64,000 nt of DNA, from assembly GCA_002748835.1 (NCBI GenBank), contig PDTL01000014.1:23838-87837 (forward strand). The letters are read 5' to 3'. Position numbers and translations under genes: made by a program. Position 1 is the first letter of the stretch; every line of letters begins with the position of its first letter. Shown piece after piece: positions 37,271 through 47,678 of the stretch. Source of the DNA: Deltaproteobacteria bacterium. Lineage in GTDB: Bacteria; Desulfobacterota; Desulfobacteria; Desulfobacterales; GCA-2748835. The notes below the pieces were generated by a model. That model was not told where the DNA came from. It searched no databases and saw only the letters and a program-made list of their open reading frames with translations.

Positions 37271-37390
37271 CAATAATGATACTGCTTTGATTTCGGGGTC
37301 AGGATTCTGATTGATGGACCCGTTTTTCGTTCAACTCCGAGCGGCTGAATCGCTATGGGAAATAAAGCGGAAGGGCGCAAGGGGTGTTAT

Positions 37391-37684
37391 CTAAGAGACA
37401 GGGAACGTTGTATCCATCGCCGAAATCTGGCGGAGAATACCGCTCTTGCGAAGGGTTTGTATGTTTTTGAATCGCGCTTTTGTGTTTTTTGTCGTATCAA
37501 TCTCGACAATCTCGATTACTGCCGTGATATGCTCTTTACGAAAGGGCAGTAGAATATCCACAAAACACCAGTCTCCCATGGGAAAATGCCCGTTTTTGAA
37601 AATGAGTCCATGGGGGGTGATTTTGATAACCGGAAACCATGTACCATTTATCTGTACCATGACCGGCTCTTTTGTGGATTTCAT
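37391..37684 (-). CDS. small beta-rich hypothetical protein (possibly PilZ-like barrel)
   Basis: 97-aa ORF, 160 nt downstream of the crotonase gene on the same strand. No diagnostic RxxxR/DxSxxG motif is visible. Coding status is uncertain. Confidence 0.35.
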   Translation of the reverse strand: MKSTKEPVMVQINGTWFPVIKITPHGLIFKNGHFPMGDWCFVDILLPFRKEHITAVIEIVEIDTTKNTKARFKNIQTLRKSGILRQISAMDTTFPVS

Positions 37685-37843
37685 ATGATTAACGTCCCTG
37701 TCATCTGTGAGCCCCGGTATTGATAACCCCTGATGCTGCGCCTTTGGGCGAAGGTGTCATCCCGCCTGCCATTGGATGTGAATTGTCCGGGCCGACAAAA
37801 AAGGAGGCCGCCGTAAAATCACAGCATCAGGAGATACGCTGAG

Positions 37844-38635
37844 TTATGCGTTCAAGGAACCGGTAAAGGCTGCTTTCCGTTTTTCAAGAAACGCGGAGGT
37901 GCCTTCTTTTGCGTCCGGACTGGCCATGCACAGTGCAAAGGCGTCTTTTTCGATTTTGCATCCAGTGGCGAGATCCACATCCATGCCGGCGTTGATGGCC
38001 TGTTTGGCTGCTCGTATGGCGACTTTGCCTTTGGCTGCGATACTGGCCGCGACTTTTTTCACCTCATCCATGAGAGCCTCCGGTGCACAGACACGGTTGA
38101 CCATGCCGAGATTCCGGGCTTCTTCCGGGTCCAGCATGCGACCGGTGAAGATCAGTTCCTTGGCCATGCTTTTCCCGATCTGACGCGGGAGGCGCTGGGT
38201 GCCGCCGAATCCGGGAATCAGGCCCAAGGTTTCTTCAGGCAAGCCGAATTTCGCGGATTCGGAAGCATAGATAAAGTCGCAGGCAAGGGCCATTTCATTA
38301 CCGCCGCCCAGGGCAAATCCGTTAACCGCAGCAATTACAGGAATCGGCAGGTCCTGAAGTTTATCCATGACCGCCTGACCGGCATCGGCAAAAATTTTAC
38401 CCTGCAGCGGGTTGAAGGTAGCCAGCTCACTGATGTCAGCGCCAGCGATAAAGGCTTTGTCGCCGGCACCGGTGAGAATAAGGACCCGGATTTCTTCATC
38501 GGCTGCAATACCTTCCAACGCCTGGCCAAATTCTGCGAGCAGTTCGGCGTTCAGCGCATTGAGCGCCTTCGGTCGATTAAAGGTGATTGTGGCAATTCCG
38601 TCTTCTACTGCAACTAAAATATTCTGATAATCCAT
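37844..38635 (-). CDS. enoyl-CoA hydratase (crotonase family)
   Basis: Crotonase signatures ITFNRPKALNAL, FIAGADI, VIAAVNGFALGGGNEMALACD and GLIPGFGGTQRL. Confidence 0.9.
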   Translation of the reverse strand: MDYQNILVAVEDGIATITFNRPKALNALNAELLAEFGQALEGIAADEEIRVLILTGAGDKAFIAGADISELATFNPLQGKIFADAGQAVMDKLQDLPIPVIAAVNGFALGGGNEMALACDFIYASESAKFGLPEETLGLIPGFGGTQRLPRQIGKSMAKELIFTGRMLDPEEARNLGMVNRVCAPEALMDEVKKVAASIAAKGKVAIRAAKQAINAGMDVDLATGCKIEKDAFALCMASPDAKEGTSAFLEKRKAAFTGSLNA

Positions 38636-38667
38636 GGTGTCGTCTCCTGACAGCGTGATTCAATAGG

Positions 38668-39207
38668 TTAATGTTTGTCATTGTCCACTGTGAAGAATTC
38701 GTTCGGATCCGTATACTTGCGCGCAAGTTCCTGATACGCTTTGGTTGAGTAGGGGATAATATCCGGCGTTTCATCAAACGTACGCTTGACTTTCCCAGGA
38801 ATCCCCACCACCAGTGAAAAGGGCGGTATCTTCGTGTTCTCAAGGACGATGGCCCCGGAAGCGACGATACTTCCCCTGCCGATGATCGCACCGTTCAAAA
38901 CACTAGCACCTATGCCGATCAAGCATTCGTCTTCAATGGTGCACCCATGTATCATGCAGTGGTGGCCCACGGTAACGTTATTACCGACGGTCAGCGGAAA
39001 CTGGCTATCCACATGCCCCATGGTGAAATCCTGGATATTGGTGTCGTCACCGATTTGAATCCTGTTCATATCTCCCCGGAGCACGGTGTTGAACCAGACC
39101 GAGGAATGCTTTCCGATCACGATATCTCCGATCAACGATGCGGTGGGGGCGATAAACGACGTTGCGTCGATGATGGGTTGCTTATCAGAGAGTTTGTATA
39201 CGGGCAT
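38668..39207 (-). CDS. gamma-carbonic-anhydrase-like / hexapeptide-repeat (PaaY/YrdA-type) protein
   Basis: Left-handed beta-helix hexapeptide repeats, for example SVWFNTVLRGD.NRIQIGDDTNIQD...VTVGHHCMIHGCTIEDECLIGIGASVLNGAIIG. Confidence 0.85.
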   Translation of the reverse strand: MPVYKLSDKQPIIDATSFIAPTASLIGDIVIGKHSSVWFNTVLRGDMNRIQIGDDTNIQDFTMGHVDSQFPLTVGNNVTVGHHCMIHGCTIEDECLIGIGASVLNGAIIGRGSIVASGAIVLENTKIPPFSLVVGIPGKVKRTFDETPDIIPYSTKAYQELARKYTDPNEFFTVDNDKH

Positions 39208-39301
39208 GGTCTGTCTCTCGTTGTGTCAGGCGTAATACGCGATCCGGATACCGTGGTGATCGTTCATGCGACCTGATGATTGATTTTTTTTCGGTATTTC
39301 T

Positions 39302-39347
39302 ATCGGGATCGGGATCAATACGTGCGATCCCGATCCCGATTTTTTTA
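39302..39347. repeat. perfect 15-bp inverted repeat (stem-loop) inside the beta-oxidation operon
   Basis: ATCGGGATCGGGATC (39302-39316) and GATCCCGATCCCGAT (39326-39340), with a T-run at 39341-39347 on the plus strand. It lies between the CoA-transferase B stop and the gamma-CA-like start. Confidence 0.5.
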
Positions 39348-39360
39348 ATATACCAGAGAA

Positions 39361-40170
39361 TTAGGGCAGAAAAATGCCTTCCGGATCAATGACCTTGTAA
39401 AGGAGTTCAATCTCTTCGTGCGTGGGCAGCTCGGTCTCGCCGCTGACCCGGGAAATATTGAGATCAAAGCTGCAGTTTTCTTTTACCATTTCCGGCGTTG
39501 TGCCGGGGTGGTAGGTGTCAAGGTACATCTCTCCTTCCTCATCAAACCGGAACACACCCATGTTCGAGATAACCGCCGAGGGTCCACCTCGGAACGCGCG
39601 GTTGTACACCTCTTTTTTGTGAACCATTTCACCGGACGGCCACTTGGGAATCCGCCACCCCGGAGAGGTGATGAAATCGACCCGCTCCTTGAACCGGCGT
39701 TTTTCCTGGGGCATGATGAAAACGGTTTTGCGGGCTAACGCATTGATATCCGAGTTTCCACCGCTACCAGTGAGACGTTTTTGCGGCACTAAACCGTATT
39801 CGCCCATGCCGGTGGTGTTCACGTTGCCGTATTTATCGACTTCCGCACCGCCCAGAAACGCGAGATCCACAACCCCCCGCTGAAGCTGGTTGAACACGTC
39901 CGTCAGACCGGATGCAATGGAGGCCTGGTAACTGCACCTGGCATCGCCCACGGATGTGGGCAGGGAAATGGGGCGGCCGTCAACACTGCCAGCTTCGTAA
40001 ATACAGACCGCATTGGGCGAGTTGTTATGCTGGGCCAGCATAATGGCCAGCATGGGCAGGCCGGTACCGGCAAAAACAATGTCGCCATCTTTTACTTCGC
40101 GTGCAGCTGCAACAGCGAGCAGATCAATGGGCTTGAATTCACCTTCTTTGACGTAATTTTTTGTTGTCAT
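39361..40170 (-). CDS. family I CoA-transferase, subunit B (GctB/AtoA-like)
   Basis: 269 aa. The start overlaps the subunit A stop by 4 nt. Motifs LAFLGGAEVDKYGNVN and SGGNSD are typical of beta subunits of 3-oxoacid/glutaconate CoA-transferases. Confidence 0.85.
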   Translation of the reverse strand: MTTKNYVKEGEFKPIDLLAVAAAREVKDGDIVFAGTGLPMLAIMLAQHNNSPNAVCIYEAGSVDGRPISLPTSVGDARCSYQASIASGLTDVFNQLQRGVVDLAFLGGAEVDKYGNVNTTGMGEYGLVPQKRLTGSGGNSDINALARKTVFIMPQEKRRFKERVDFITSPGWRIPKWPSGEMVHKKEVYNRAFRGGPSAVISNMGVFRFDEEGEMYLDTYHPGTTPEMVKENCSFDLNISRVSGETELPTHEEIELLYKVIDPEGIFLP

Positions 40171-41144
40171 GATCGCGTCCCCCTTTTCACCTTAGTGGAA
40201 TAACCGAATGCCGGATTTGCCCGGAGGATTTCGAGTTTTTCAACCCCTACCTTCTCCAGATACGCGTCAAAATCTTCCACACCGGTTATCCATTCTTCAA
40301 TCCACGCATCCAGGCCTTCCTGGGTCCGGGTTGCGTTGAAAAAATTGCGGATAAAGTCACCGTCTGTTTCGTACAGGCCATAGCATCCGGTGGGATGTCC
40401 GGCCCAAGAGCGATCAACGATGTAGGTGATTTGGTGGCCGGGCACCAGGTTCCGGGTCGGTTCCCGGCGAATATACTCTTCGGTGACCACCTGTTCAGCG
40501 ATGATGATGACCTTGTCAGCGGCCTTGATGGCTTCTGCGTCTGAATAATGCTGACCCTCAACCCGGACCGTGCCTTCTTCGCCCACCATCTGGACATGGG
40601 CGATACACCAGTCCGGATTACAGGCCGGCACGTGAAGCAGCTGACTGCCATAAAACGGTTCGTCGACGATTTCATATTTTTTTTTGGGAATCTTCGGATG
40701 CGAGCCATCCCGGAGACCCAGCTTACCCAGATGATCGTATTCAGGATTGAGCATATCTGTTCCCAGGCTGGCATAGGTGGGCATATAAGGAAGGCCCATG
40801 GCACCGGCCTGCATGCGGGCCAGAATCTGAACATGGGAATAGTCTTCGATCACCACCTCCCCGGCTTCAGCTCTCCGTGCCACGTTAGCACCAATCTTAC
40901 CATAAAGCTCATGTCCGGCCCAGCAGGATTCCCAGTATTTCACGCATCCAGCACCGATGAGTAAATCGCTGTGGGTGCCGCCATTGACTTCCACCAGATG
41001 AAGATCCTTTTTTTTCTGGCGGATAAGCTCATAGATGGCTGCCATGGGACGACGCCAGATGGTGAACCCGCTGAATGTCAGCATGTCACCATCGTTTATC
41101 TGGCTGATGGCCTCTGATAGTCCGATCCTCTGTGGTTTACCCAT
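40167..41144 (-). CDS. family I CoA-transferase, subunit A (GctA/AtoD-like)
   Basis: 325 aa. N-terminus LSEAISQINDGDMLTFSGF and the overall alpha-subunit pattern. It is paired with subunit B. Confidence 0.85.
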   Translation of the reverse strand: MGKPQRIGLSEAISQINDGDMLTFSGFTIWRRPMAAIYELIRQKKKDLHLVEVNGGTHSDLLIGAGCVKYWESCWAGHELYGKIGANVARRAEAGEVVIEDYSHVQILARMQAGAMGLPYMPTYASLGTDMLNPEYDHLGKLGLRDGSHPKIPKKKYEIVDEPFYGSQLLHVPACNPDWCIAHVQMVGEEGTVRVEGQHYSDAEAIKAADKVIIIAEQVVTEEYIRREPTRNLVPGHQITYIVDRSWAGHPTGCYGLYETDGDFIRNFFNATRTQEGLDAWIEEWITGVEDFDAYLEKVGVEKLEILRANPAFGYSTKVKRGTRS

Positions 41145-41298
41145 TCTACTCTCCTTTCAAATGAACCCGTTGATGCCTGGGAACGGTCATGGTTCAACGG
41201 CTGAACCTGTCATGACGGCAGGCCTGCGGATATATTACAGCCGTCTCGGGACATCCCCGGGGGAAGCTATTTTCCCCCGGGCACGGTGAATAACGGAC

Positions 41299-42450
41299 CT
41301 ATTTTTTCTTCTTGTCTTTCAAAAGGTCGTTTGAGATCACGATGCGCTGTACCTGGTTGGTCCCTTCGTAGATGGTGGTGATGCGGGCATCTCGGTAAAA
41401 ACGTTCCACCGGATACTCTTTGGTATACCCGTAACCGCCGTGAATCTGAATGGCCTGTCCGGTCACGCGCTGGGCCATCTCGGATGCATAACACTTGGCC
41501 ATGGAAGCCTGTGCTGTGCAGGTTTCGCCCCGTTCCTTGGTGGCTGCGGCGTTCAGCACCAGCAGACGGGCTGCTTCCACATCCATGGCCATGTCCGCGA
41601 GCATCCAGCGGATTCCCTGGAATTCTGAGATGGGTTTACCGAATTGCTCACGCTGTTTCGCATATTTTTTTGCTTCGTCAAGGGCTGCCATACCAATGCC
41701 CAGGGACAGGGACGCAATACCAATTCGGCCGGCATCCAGACCAGACATGGCAACGATGAACCCTTCGCCTTCTTTTCCTAACATGCGGGAAGCGGGCACA
41801 CGGCAGTTGGTGAAGTTGAGGTCTACGGTATCAGACGCGCATTGGCCCATCTTTTCTTCTATGCGCCCAACTTCAAAGCCCGGCATATCCGGCGTAATGA
41901 GGAAGGCTGTGATGCCTCTGCTGCCAGTGGGCTGGGTGCGTGCCAGCAGGAGAATCAATCCGCCGTTCTTACCGCTGGTGATGAATCGTTTGGTTCCATT
42001 GATGATGTAGTCGTCCCCGTCTTTTTCCGCTGTGCAAGACATGGACTGAGGGTCGGATCCGGCTTCGGGCTCACTAAGGGCAAAGGCACCGATGAATTTT
42101 CCGGCTGCCATGGGGCGGAGGAACTCTTCCTTCTGTTCTTCGGTGCCGAATCTTTCGAGACTGCCGCAGCAGATGGAGTTATGCACGGACATGATAACCG
42201 CCGTTGACGCACACGCATAGGCGATTTCGGTCAGGGCCAGGGCGTAAGCGACCGTTCCCATGTCTTCTCCGCCGTATTTTTCGGATACCAGCATGCCGAG
42301 CAGACCCAGTTCACCCATCTGCTTTAGGCTGTCTGCAGGATATTCATGCGTACGATCCCGTTCTGCTGCTTTTTCCGCGAGATCTTTTGTGGCAAATTCC
42401 CTTGCCATCTTTTGAATCATTAGTTGTTCTTTAGTCAGTTGAAAACCCAT
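41299..42450 (-). CDS. acyl-CoA dehydrogenase (short-chain/butyryl-CoA type)
   Basis: I prefer the ATG at 42450 (MGFQLTKEQ...), preceded by GAGAGGAG, over the track start at 42483. ACAD motifs GAFALSEPEAGSD, RFITSG and QIHGGYGYTKEYPVERFYRDARITTIYEGT. Confidence 0.9.
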   Translation of the reverse strand: MGFQLTKEQLMIQKMAREFATKDLAEKAAERDRTHEYPADSLKQMGELGLLGMLVSEKYGGEDMGTVAYALALTEIAYACASTAVIMSVHNSICCGSLERFGTEEQKEEFLRPMAAGKFIGAFALSEPEAGSDPQSMSCTAEKDGDDYIINGTKRFITSGKNGGLILLLARTQPTGSRGITAFLITPDMPGFEVGRIEEKMGQCASDTVDLNFTNCRVPASRMLGKEGEGFIVAMSGLDAGRIGIASLSLGIGMAALDEAKKYAKQREQFGKPISEFQGIRWMLADMAMDVEAARLLVLNAAATKERGETCTAQASMAKCYASEMAQRVTGQAIQIHGGYGYTKEYPVERFYRDARITTIYEGTNQVQRIVISNDLLKDKKKK

Positions 42451-42515
42451 GTGATACTCCTCTCTGTAATGGGCTTTGGACACGGTTCCGCGTCCGGAGC
42501 GATTTACGACACCGC

Positions 42516-43370
42516 TTATTTGCTGTAATCGTAGATCCCTTTACCGGTTTTGCGGCCCAGCCAACCGGCGTTCACATACTGCTTGAGCAGGGGTGAGGGG
42601 CGGTACTTGGGATCGCCGTAGCCGTCGAGCATGACGTTGAGGATCGCCAGGATCGTATCCAGACCGATAAGGTCTGCGAGCGCCAGCGGGCCCATGGGGT
42701 GGTTCATGCCGAGTTTCATGATGTTGTCGATGCCTTCTGCTGTGGCGACACCTTCATAGAGTTCCCAAAGGGCCTCGTTGATCATGACCTGGAGTACACG
42801 GTTGGAGACAAAACCCGGAACGTCTTTGCACTCAACAGGGGTCTTGCCCATTTTCACGGAAGTTTCTTCAATGACTTTATAGACGTCGTCAGTGGTGGCA
42901 ACACCGCGGATAACCTCGACCAGTTTCATGACCGGTACCGGGTTCATGAAATGCATACCGATGACCTGACCCGGACGGTTGGTGCAGGCCGCGATCTGGG
43001 TGATGGGCAGAGACGAGGTGTTGGTTGCCAGAATTGCGTGGGCCGGTGCAATTTTGTCCAGCTCTGAAAAGACCTTTGCCTTGATATCCATGTTCTCGAC
43101 AATGGCTTCGACAATCAGGTCGCAGTCCTTTGCGTCTTCAAGACTGGTCGATTTCTGGATCCGGCCAAGGATGGCGGCTTTTTCGTCTTCGGTCATTTTG
43201 CCTTTAGAGACACTGCGGGACAGATTCTTGTCCATGACCGCCATACCTTTATCAACGAGTTCCATGTTGATATCGTACTGAACGGTTTCAAAACCAGCCT
43301 GGGCAGATACCTGTGCAATGCCGCCGCCCATCTGTCCCGCACCAATCACCATAATTTTTTTGATTTCCAT
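42516..43370 (-). CDS. hbd: 3-hydroxybutyryl-CoA dehydrogenase
   Basis: NAD-binding motif [18 protein letters not shown] signature TNTSSL.IT...[16 protein letters not shown]-terminal LGRKTGKG. Confidence 0.9.
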   Translation of the reverse strand: MEIKKIMVIGAGQMGGGIAQVSAQAGFETVQYDINMELVDKGMAVMDKNLSRSVSKGKMTEDEKAAILGRIQKSTSLEDAKDCDLIVEAIVENMDIKAKVFSELDKIAPAHAILATNTSSLPITQIAACTNRPGQVIGMHFMNPVPVMKLVEVIRGVATTDDVYKVIEETSVKMGKTPVECKDVPGFVSNRVLQVMINEALWELYEGVATAEGIDNIMKLGMNHPMGPLALADLIGLDTILAILNVMLDGYGDPKYRPSPLLKQYVNAGWLGRKTGKGIYDYSK

Positions 43371-43465
43371 TTGACGTCTCCTTAGTGTTGAGTTTTTAAG
43401 TGTAAGTAAATACGGGTGAGTTCATGTCGAGTGCCGGTGCTTTCGCACCGACACCTCATTTTAAG

Positions 43466-44827
43466 CTAAGGTTCCACGTGAATGAGCATGGCATCGCCCT
43501 GGGCATGGCCGGAGCAGATACCGCAGACACCGAAACCGCCGCCTTCACGGCGCAGTTCATAGGCCAGCGTCATCACGATTCGGGCGCCGGTGGCGCCAAT
43601 GGGATGGCCATAGGCAATGGCGCTGCCGTTCACGTTTACTTTTTCAAACATTTCTTCTTTGCTCATGCCGAGAATGGTCCGTGAGCTGACCAGAGCAACG
43701 GCAGCAAATGCTTCGTTGATTTCAATTCGCTTCATGTCCTTATACGTGAGATTGTTTTGATCCAGTACCTTTTTGATGGAAAGACCTGGAACCGTTGCAA
43801 TGTCTTTGGTGGGCTGGGACACTTCGGCATAGTCGACAATGGTAAACAGTGGCTTCACGCCCAGTGCTTCTGCTTTTTCACGGCTCATGAGCAGGCAGAC
43901 ATCGCCGCCGTCGTTGACGCCCGGTGCATTCCCGGCAGTGACACTGCCCGGTTTGCCGGTGACGGTGCTCTTGTGACCGAATACCGGCGGAAGCTTGGCA
44001 AGACCTTCCATGGTTGAAGAGGGACGCGGACCTTCGTCTTTGGTCATGACTTCAACCTTTTTGCCCTTGCGATATTCGACTGGAAAGATTTCATCGTCGA
44101 GTTTACCCGCTTCCATGGCTGCGACGGCAGCTAACTGGGAGTGGAGTGCCCATTCGTCGTTGTCTTCGCGTGTAAATCCGAATTCATCGCTGGTTTCAGA
44201 ACCGTGGATGGCCATGTGACGGTTGTAAAAGGCATCCCACAAGCCGTCGTAGACCATGAGGTCTTTGATTTCACCACTGGGCAGTCCCATCCGCTGACCA
44301 AATCGCATATTGGGAATGGAATAGGGGCAGTTACTCATACTTTCCTGTCCGCCGGCAATGCAGATATCGGCACGGCCCAGTTGAATCATCTGAGCAGCCA
44401 GGTCGATGGTTTTAATACCAGACGAGCAGACCTTGTTAATGGTGATGGAGGGAACTGACTCGGGAAGCCCGGCAAGCAAGGTCGCCTGACGACCGGGAAT
44501 CTGGCCGCAACCCGCCGGAACTACCTGGCCCATGAAGACGTAATCGACATCTTCTGGCTTGACCTTTCCTTCCACACGGCGAAGCACTTCCTTAATCGCA
44601 AGGGCACCCAGCTCCGGAGCGTCATACTGCTTGAGCAAACCGCCCATCACACCGTAAGGCGTGCGGCAGGCTTCGACGACAACCACATCACGATGACTTT
44701 TAAAACGGTTACCAAAATTTTTACCCATTCCCTGGAAGTCCGGCTTTCGTTCACCGAATCCGGCAATCTTGGCATCCTTGTAATAATCTGCGCGCTTGAC
44801 ATCAATTTTTTGAACAACGTCTGACAT
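43466..44827 (-). CDS. acetyl-CoA C-acetyltransferase (thiolase) with ~45-aa N-terminal extension
   Basis: Active-site contexts VCSSGIKT (Cys), NGSAIAYGHPIGATG (His) and GICSGHAQG (Cys). A strong AAGGAGA RBS before the ATG at 44827 supports the extended N-terminus. Confidence 0.9.
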   Translation of the reverse strand: MSDVVQKIDVKRADYYKDAKIAGFGERKPDFQGMGKNFGNRFKSHRDVVVVEACRTPYGVMGGLLKQYDAPELGALAIKEVLRRVEGKVKPEDVDYVFMGQVVPAGCGQIPGRQATLLAGLPESVPSITINKVCSSGIKTIDLAAQMIQLGRADICIAGGQESMSNCPYSIPNMRFGQRMGLPSGEIKDLMVYDGLWDAFYNRHMAIHGSETSDEFGFTREDNDEWALHSQLAAVAAMEAGKLDDEIFPVEYRKGKKVEVMTKDEGPRPSSTMEGLAKLPPVFGHKSTVTGKPGSVTAGNAPGVNDGGDVCLLMSREKAEALGVKPLFTIVDYAEVSQPTKDIATVPGLSIKKVLDQNNLTYKDMKRIEINEAFAAVALVSSRTILGMSKEEMFEKVNVNGSAIAYGHPIGATGARIVMTLAYELRREGGGFGVCGICSGHAQGDAMLIHVEP

Positions 44828-45076
44828 GAGCGTCTCCTTTTTGGTGTTCTATGTGTGGCATCGCAAAATCAATTAACCGGTTAGCGGAAACGGGGTTGCA
44901 GGGAGCACCCTTCAGTTTGCAGGAGAAGAGGCGTCCCTGCGGCAACCCCACAACACAGACGGTCCTTACGGGTTCGATCTTTTCAGGTTCAGATCACCAT
45001 GGCTAAATGATCTGAATTTAAAGGGGCGGGATTCTCCCCCGAAAGCTTCGCCGTGTGTATCCTCCTCCACAAAATT

Positions 45077-45092
45077 AGCATGTACCGTGCCA
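45077..45092 (-). promoter_or_regulatory. sigma-54 (-24/-12) promoter of the beta-oxidation operon
   Basis: The reverse strand reads TTGGCACGGTACATGCTAAT, that is TGGCAC-N5-ATGCT with GG and GC correctly spaced. It lies about 250 nt upstream of the thiolase ATG, and an EBP gene is adjacent. Confidence 0.65.
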
Positions 45093-45350
45093 ATGCATCT
45101 TTTTTGTGTGTGAGTCAACGGGGCGGCACACGCTATAATTGATTTGAATTGTTTTGATTGTTGCTTACCGGGAGGGCCGAATGTGGCGTTTTTTATCCAG
45201 TTTGAATTGTGGTGATTTCGCCACGATGATTTGGAAGAGAATCATATAAAGTTTTGTAATCATATTATTAAGTATTGAGTGGGCGGGAGGGGAATTTCGG
45301 GGTAAGATATATCCGTTAATCGGGGGGATGGCAACAACGGAGAAGTCAAT

Positions 45351-47678
45351 TTATTCTATCAACTTGTATTTTTTCATCTTGGCAAACAGGGTCTTGCGGT
45401 GAATATTCATCATGGCAGCCGCCCGCTCCCGGTGCCAGTGGCAGGTTTGAAGCACATTGATGATGGTTTGTTTTTCAAAGGCCTCCACCGTAAGTTTTAA
45501 ATCTGTTATTGATTTCGGATCCGAGCCTGCAGGGCGTTCTATACCCGATCCGACAGCGGTTGTAAAATCGGTACTTAGATTCAGCTCGTTAATGGATATA
45601 TAGCGTCTGAGGGTATTTTGGAGTTCCCGGACATTGCCGGGCCAGTCGTAATTGCTCAGGGTTTCCATGACCTTTCCGTTGATGGGCGGGAGTTTTCCGT
45701 CTTCTGAAAATTTTTTGAGAAAATGTTCGATCAGAAGGGGCAGGTCTTCTTTACGTTCCCTGAGGGGTTTTAAATATATGGGGATAATGTGGAGCCGGTA
45801 AAAGAAATCTTCCCGCATGAGGTTTCTTTTTACATGATCCATCAGGTTTCTGTTGGTGGCGGCGATGATACGCAGGTTCGGTTTTTTCACCGCATTGCTG
45901 CCTACCGGGGTGAAACCGCCGCCATCAATTGCCCGGAGGAGCTTGACCTGCATGTTAAGAGCAATTTCTCCGATTTCATCGAGAAACAGGGTGCCGCCAT
46001 CCGCTTTATCTAAAAATCCTTGATGGTTGCGGTCAGCACCGGTAAAGGCGCCTTTCTTGTGCCCGAAAAATTCACTTTCAATGATATTTTCATTGATGGC
46101 GCCGCAGTTGACCGGGACAAAATTCTGGTTCGACCGCTTGCTTGCATCATGGATGGCTTTTGCCACCAGCTCTTTTCCTGTGCCAGACTCACCGTAAATG
46201 ATAACATGGGCATCGCTGCTCGCTGACTTCATGATCAGCTCGTAGACCGACTGCATGGCCTGGCTTTTCCCGACGATATCACCAAACCGGTACCGATCTT
46301 TCATGGCGGATTTCAGGCGGATGTTTTCCTGGAGCAGGTCTTTTTCCCTTTCCATGAGCGCTTCTTCTGCAAGCTTTTCTTCGGTCACATCCCGAAGAAT
46401 TCCCTGAACCCGTGATACCGATCCGTCGGAGCGGATCACCGGAGAAATGATTGCATCATACCAGCGGGCATCCTTGGCGCATTTCACTTTCTTTTTCACC
46501 GAATGGCCTGCAAGCAATGTCTCTTTGTTACACCAGGAACAGGGCGCATTCAGGTTGTAGATCACCTTGTGACAGCGTTGACCGTTGCAGACCCCGCCGA
46601 TGAATTCAATGAACTTACTGTTCATGAATTCAATTTCGTAGTTCATATTCCGGATATAAATCATGCCGTCAAAGTTTTCGAAAATCGTTCGCAACTGGGA
46701 TTCCCGCTGTTTGAGCCGGTCTTCTGCCAGTTTGGCGTTGGTGATATCCATGAACGAGGCAATGCTGATCTGGGTGCCTTTTACCATCCCCGCCTTCATC
46801 AGCATGGTTCGGATTTTCTTGCTTTTGGTCACCATCCGGCATTCATACACATCCGGTGCGCGCCCCGGTTCAGTCCGCCGCCAGTTGTGATATCGGGTCA
46901 TTCGGGCCTGATCATCTTCGTGGATGACGTCCCACCATTTCATCCGGTCGATGAGTTCGTCATGGGTGTATCCGCTGTAGGTTTCAAAGGTGGAGTTCGC
47001 AAAGGAGATGAGTCCGTCGTTTTCAATCAGAATGGTCCCGGTTCCGGTATTTTCCAGAACCCCCCTGTACCGGGCTTCGGTTTCTTTGAGCATCTCCTTT
47101 ATATTTGCACCCTCCTGATTGGATCGGATATTGATGACCCCGCAGGCAATATCCCCGGCCAGTTCGGTGAGCAGCTCGACCTTGTCTGCTTCAAATGCGT
47201 GTGCATCATGCGCGTAGATGGAAATGGCGCCAAACACGGTGCTCTCGTTTTTCAAAGGAAAAGCGACGACAGAACCGAACCCCCGCATAATGGCTTCATA
47301 CTGCCAGGAAGAGAAATTTCCTTTTGCATCAATATCCGGAATATTGAACACGGTTCCGGTGGAAATGGCGCTGCCAACAGGGGTGGGGTTTTCTCCGCGT
47401 TCTGACCAGGACAGGTCGATGGCTTTCAGGTAGTTGTCTTCGTATCCGAATGTCGCAACAGGGGTAATACCGATTTTATGATCGTCGTCTGTAAATCCGA
47501 TCCAAACAAAGGGAAAATTTCCTGCTTCAACGATGATACGGCAGATTTCAACAAGCAGTTTTTCTTCGCTTTTTTCATGAATAAAGGCTTTCTTGCACCG
47601 GCTGAGGATTTTGATGAAGCGCCGCATCTTCCCCAACTCTTTCATGAGATGGCTGTCGCTTGTTGTTTCGATTCCCAT
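45351..47678 (-). CDS. sigma-54-dependent transcriptional activator (GAF-PAS-PAS-AAA+-Fis HTH)
   Basis: AAA+ motifs YGESGTGKELVA, GAFTGA (GAFTGA loop), LFLDEIGE and RVIAATN-like IIAATN. C-terminal HTH RERAAAMMNIHRKTLFAKMKKY. The N-terminus has a GAF-like domain and two PAS-like blocks. Confidence 0.92.
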   Translation of the reverse strand: MGIETTSDSHLMKELGKMRRFIKILSRCKKAFIHEKSEEKLLVEICRIIVEAGNFPFVWIGFTDDDHKIGITPVATFGYEDNYLKAIDLSWSERGENPTPVGSAISTGTVFNIPDIDAKGNFSSWQYEAIMRGFGSVVAFPLKNESTVFGAISIYAHDAHAFEADKVELLTELAGDIACGVINIRSNQEGANIKEMLKETEARYRGVLENTGTGTILIENDGLISFANSTFETYSGYTHDELIDRMKWWDVIHEDDQARMTRYHNWRRTEPGRAPDVYECRMVTKSKKIRTMLMKAGMVKGTQISIASFMDITNAKLAEDRLKQRESQLRTIFENFDGMIYIRNMNYEIEFMNSKFIEFIGGVCNGQRCHKVIYNLNAPCSWCNKETLLAGHSVKKKVKCAKDARWYDAIISPVIRSDGSVSRVQGILRDVTEEKLAEEALMEREKDLLQENIRLKSAMKDRYRFGDIVGKSQAMQSVYELIMKSASSDAHVIIYGESGTGKELVAKAIHDASKRSNQNFVPVNCGAINENIIESEFFGHKKGAFTGADRNHQGFLDKADGGTLFLDEIGEIALNMQVKLLRAIDGGGFTPVGSNAVKKPNLRIIAATNRNLMDHVKRNLMREDFFYRLHIIPIYLKPLRERKEDLPLLIEHFLKKFSEDGKLPPINGKVMETLSNYDWPGNVRELQNTLRRYISINELNLSTDFTTAVGSGIERPAGSDPKSITDLKLTVEAFEKQTIINVLQTCHWHRERAAAMMNIHRKTLFAKMKKYKLIE

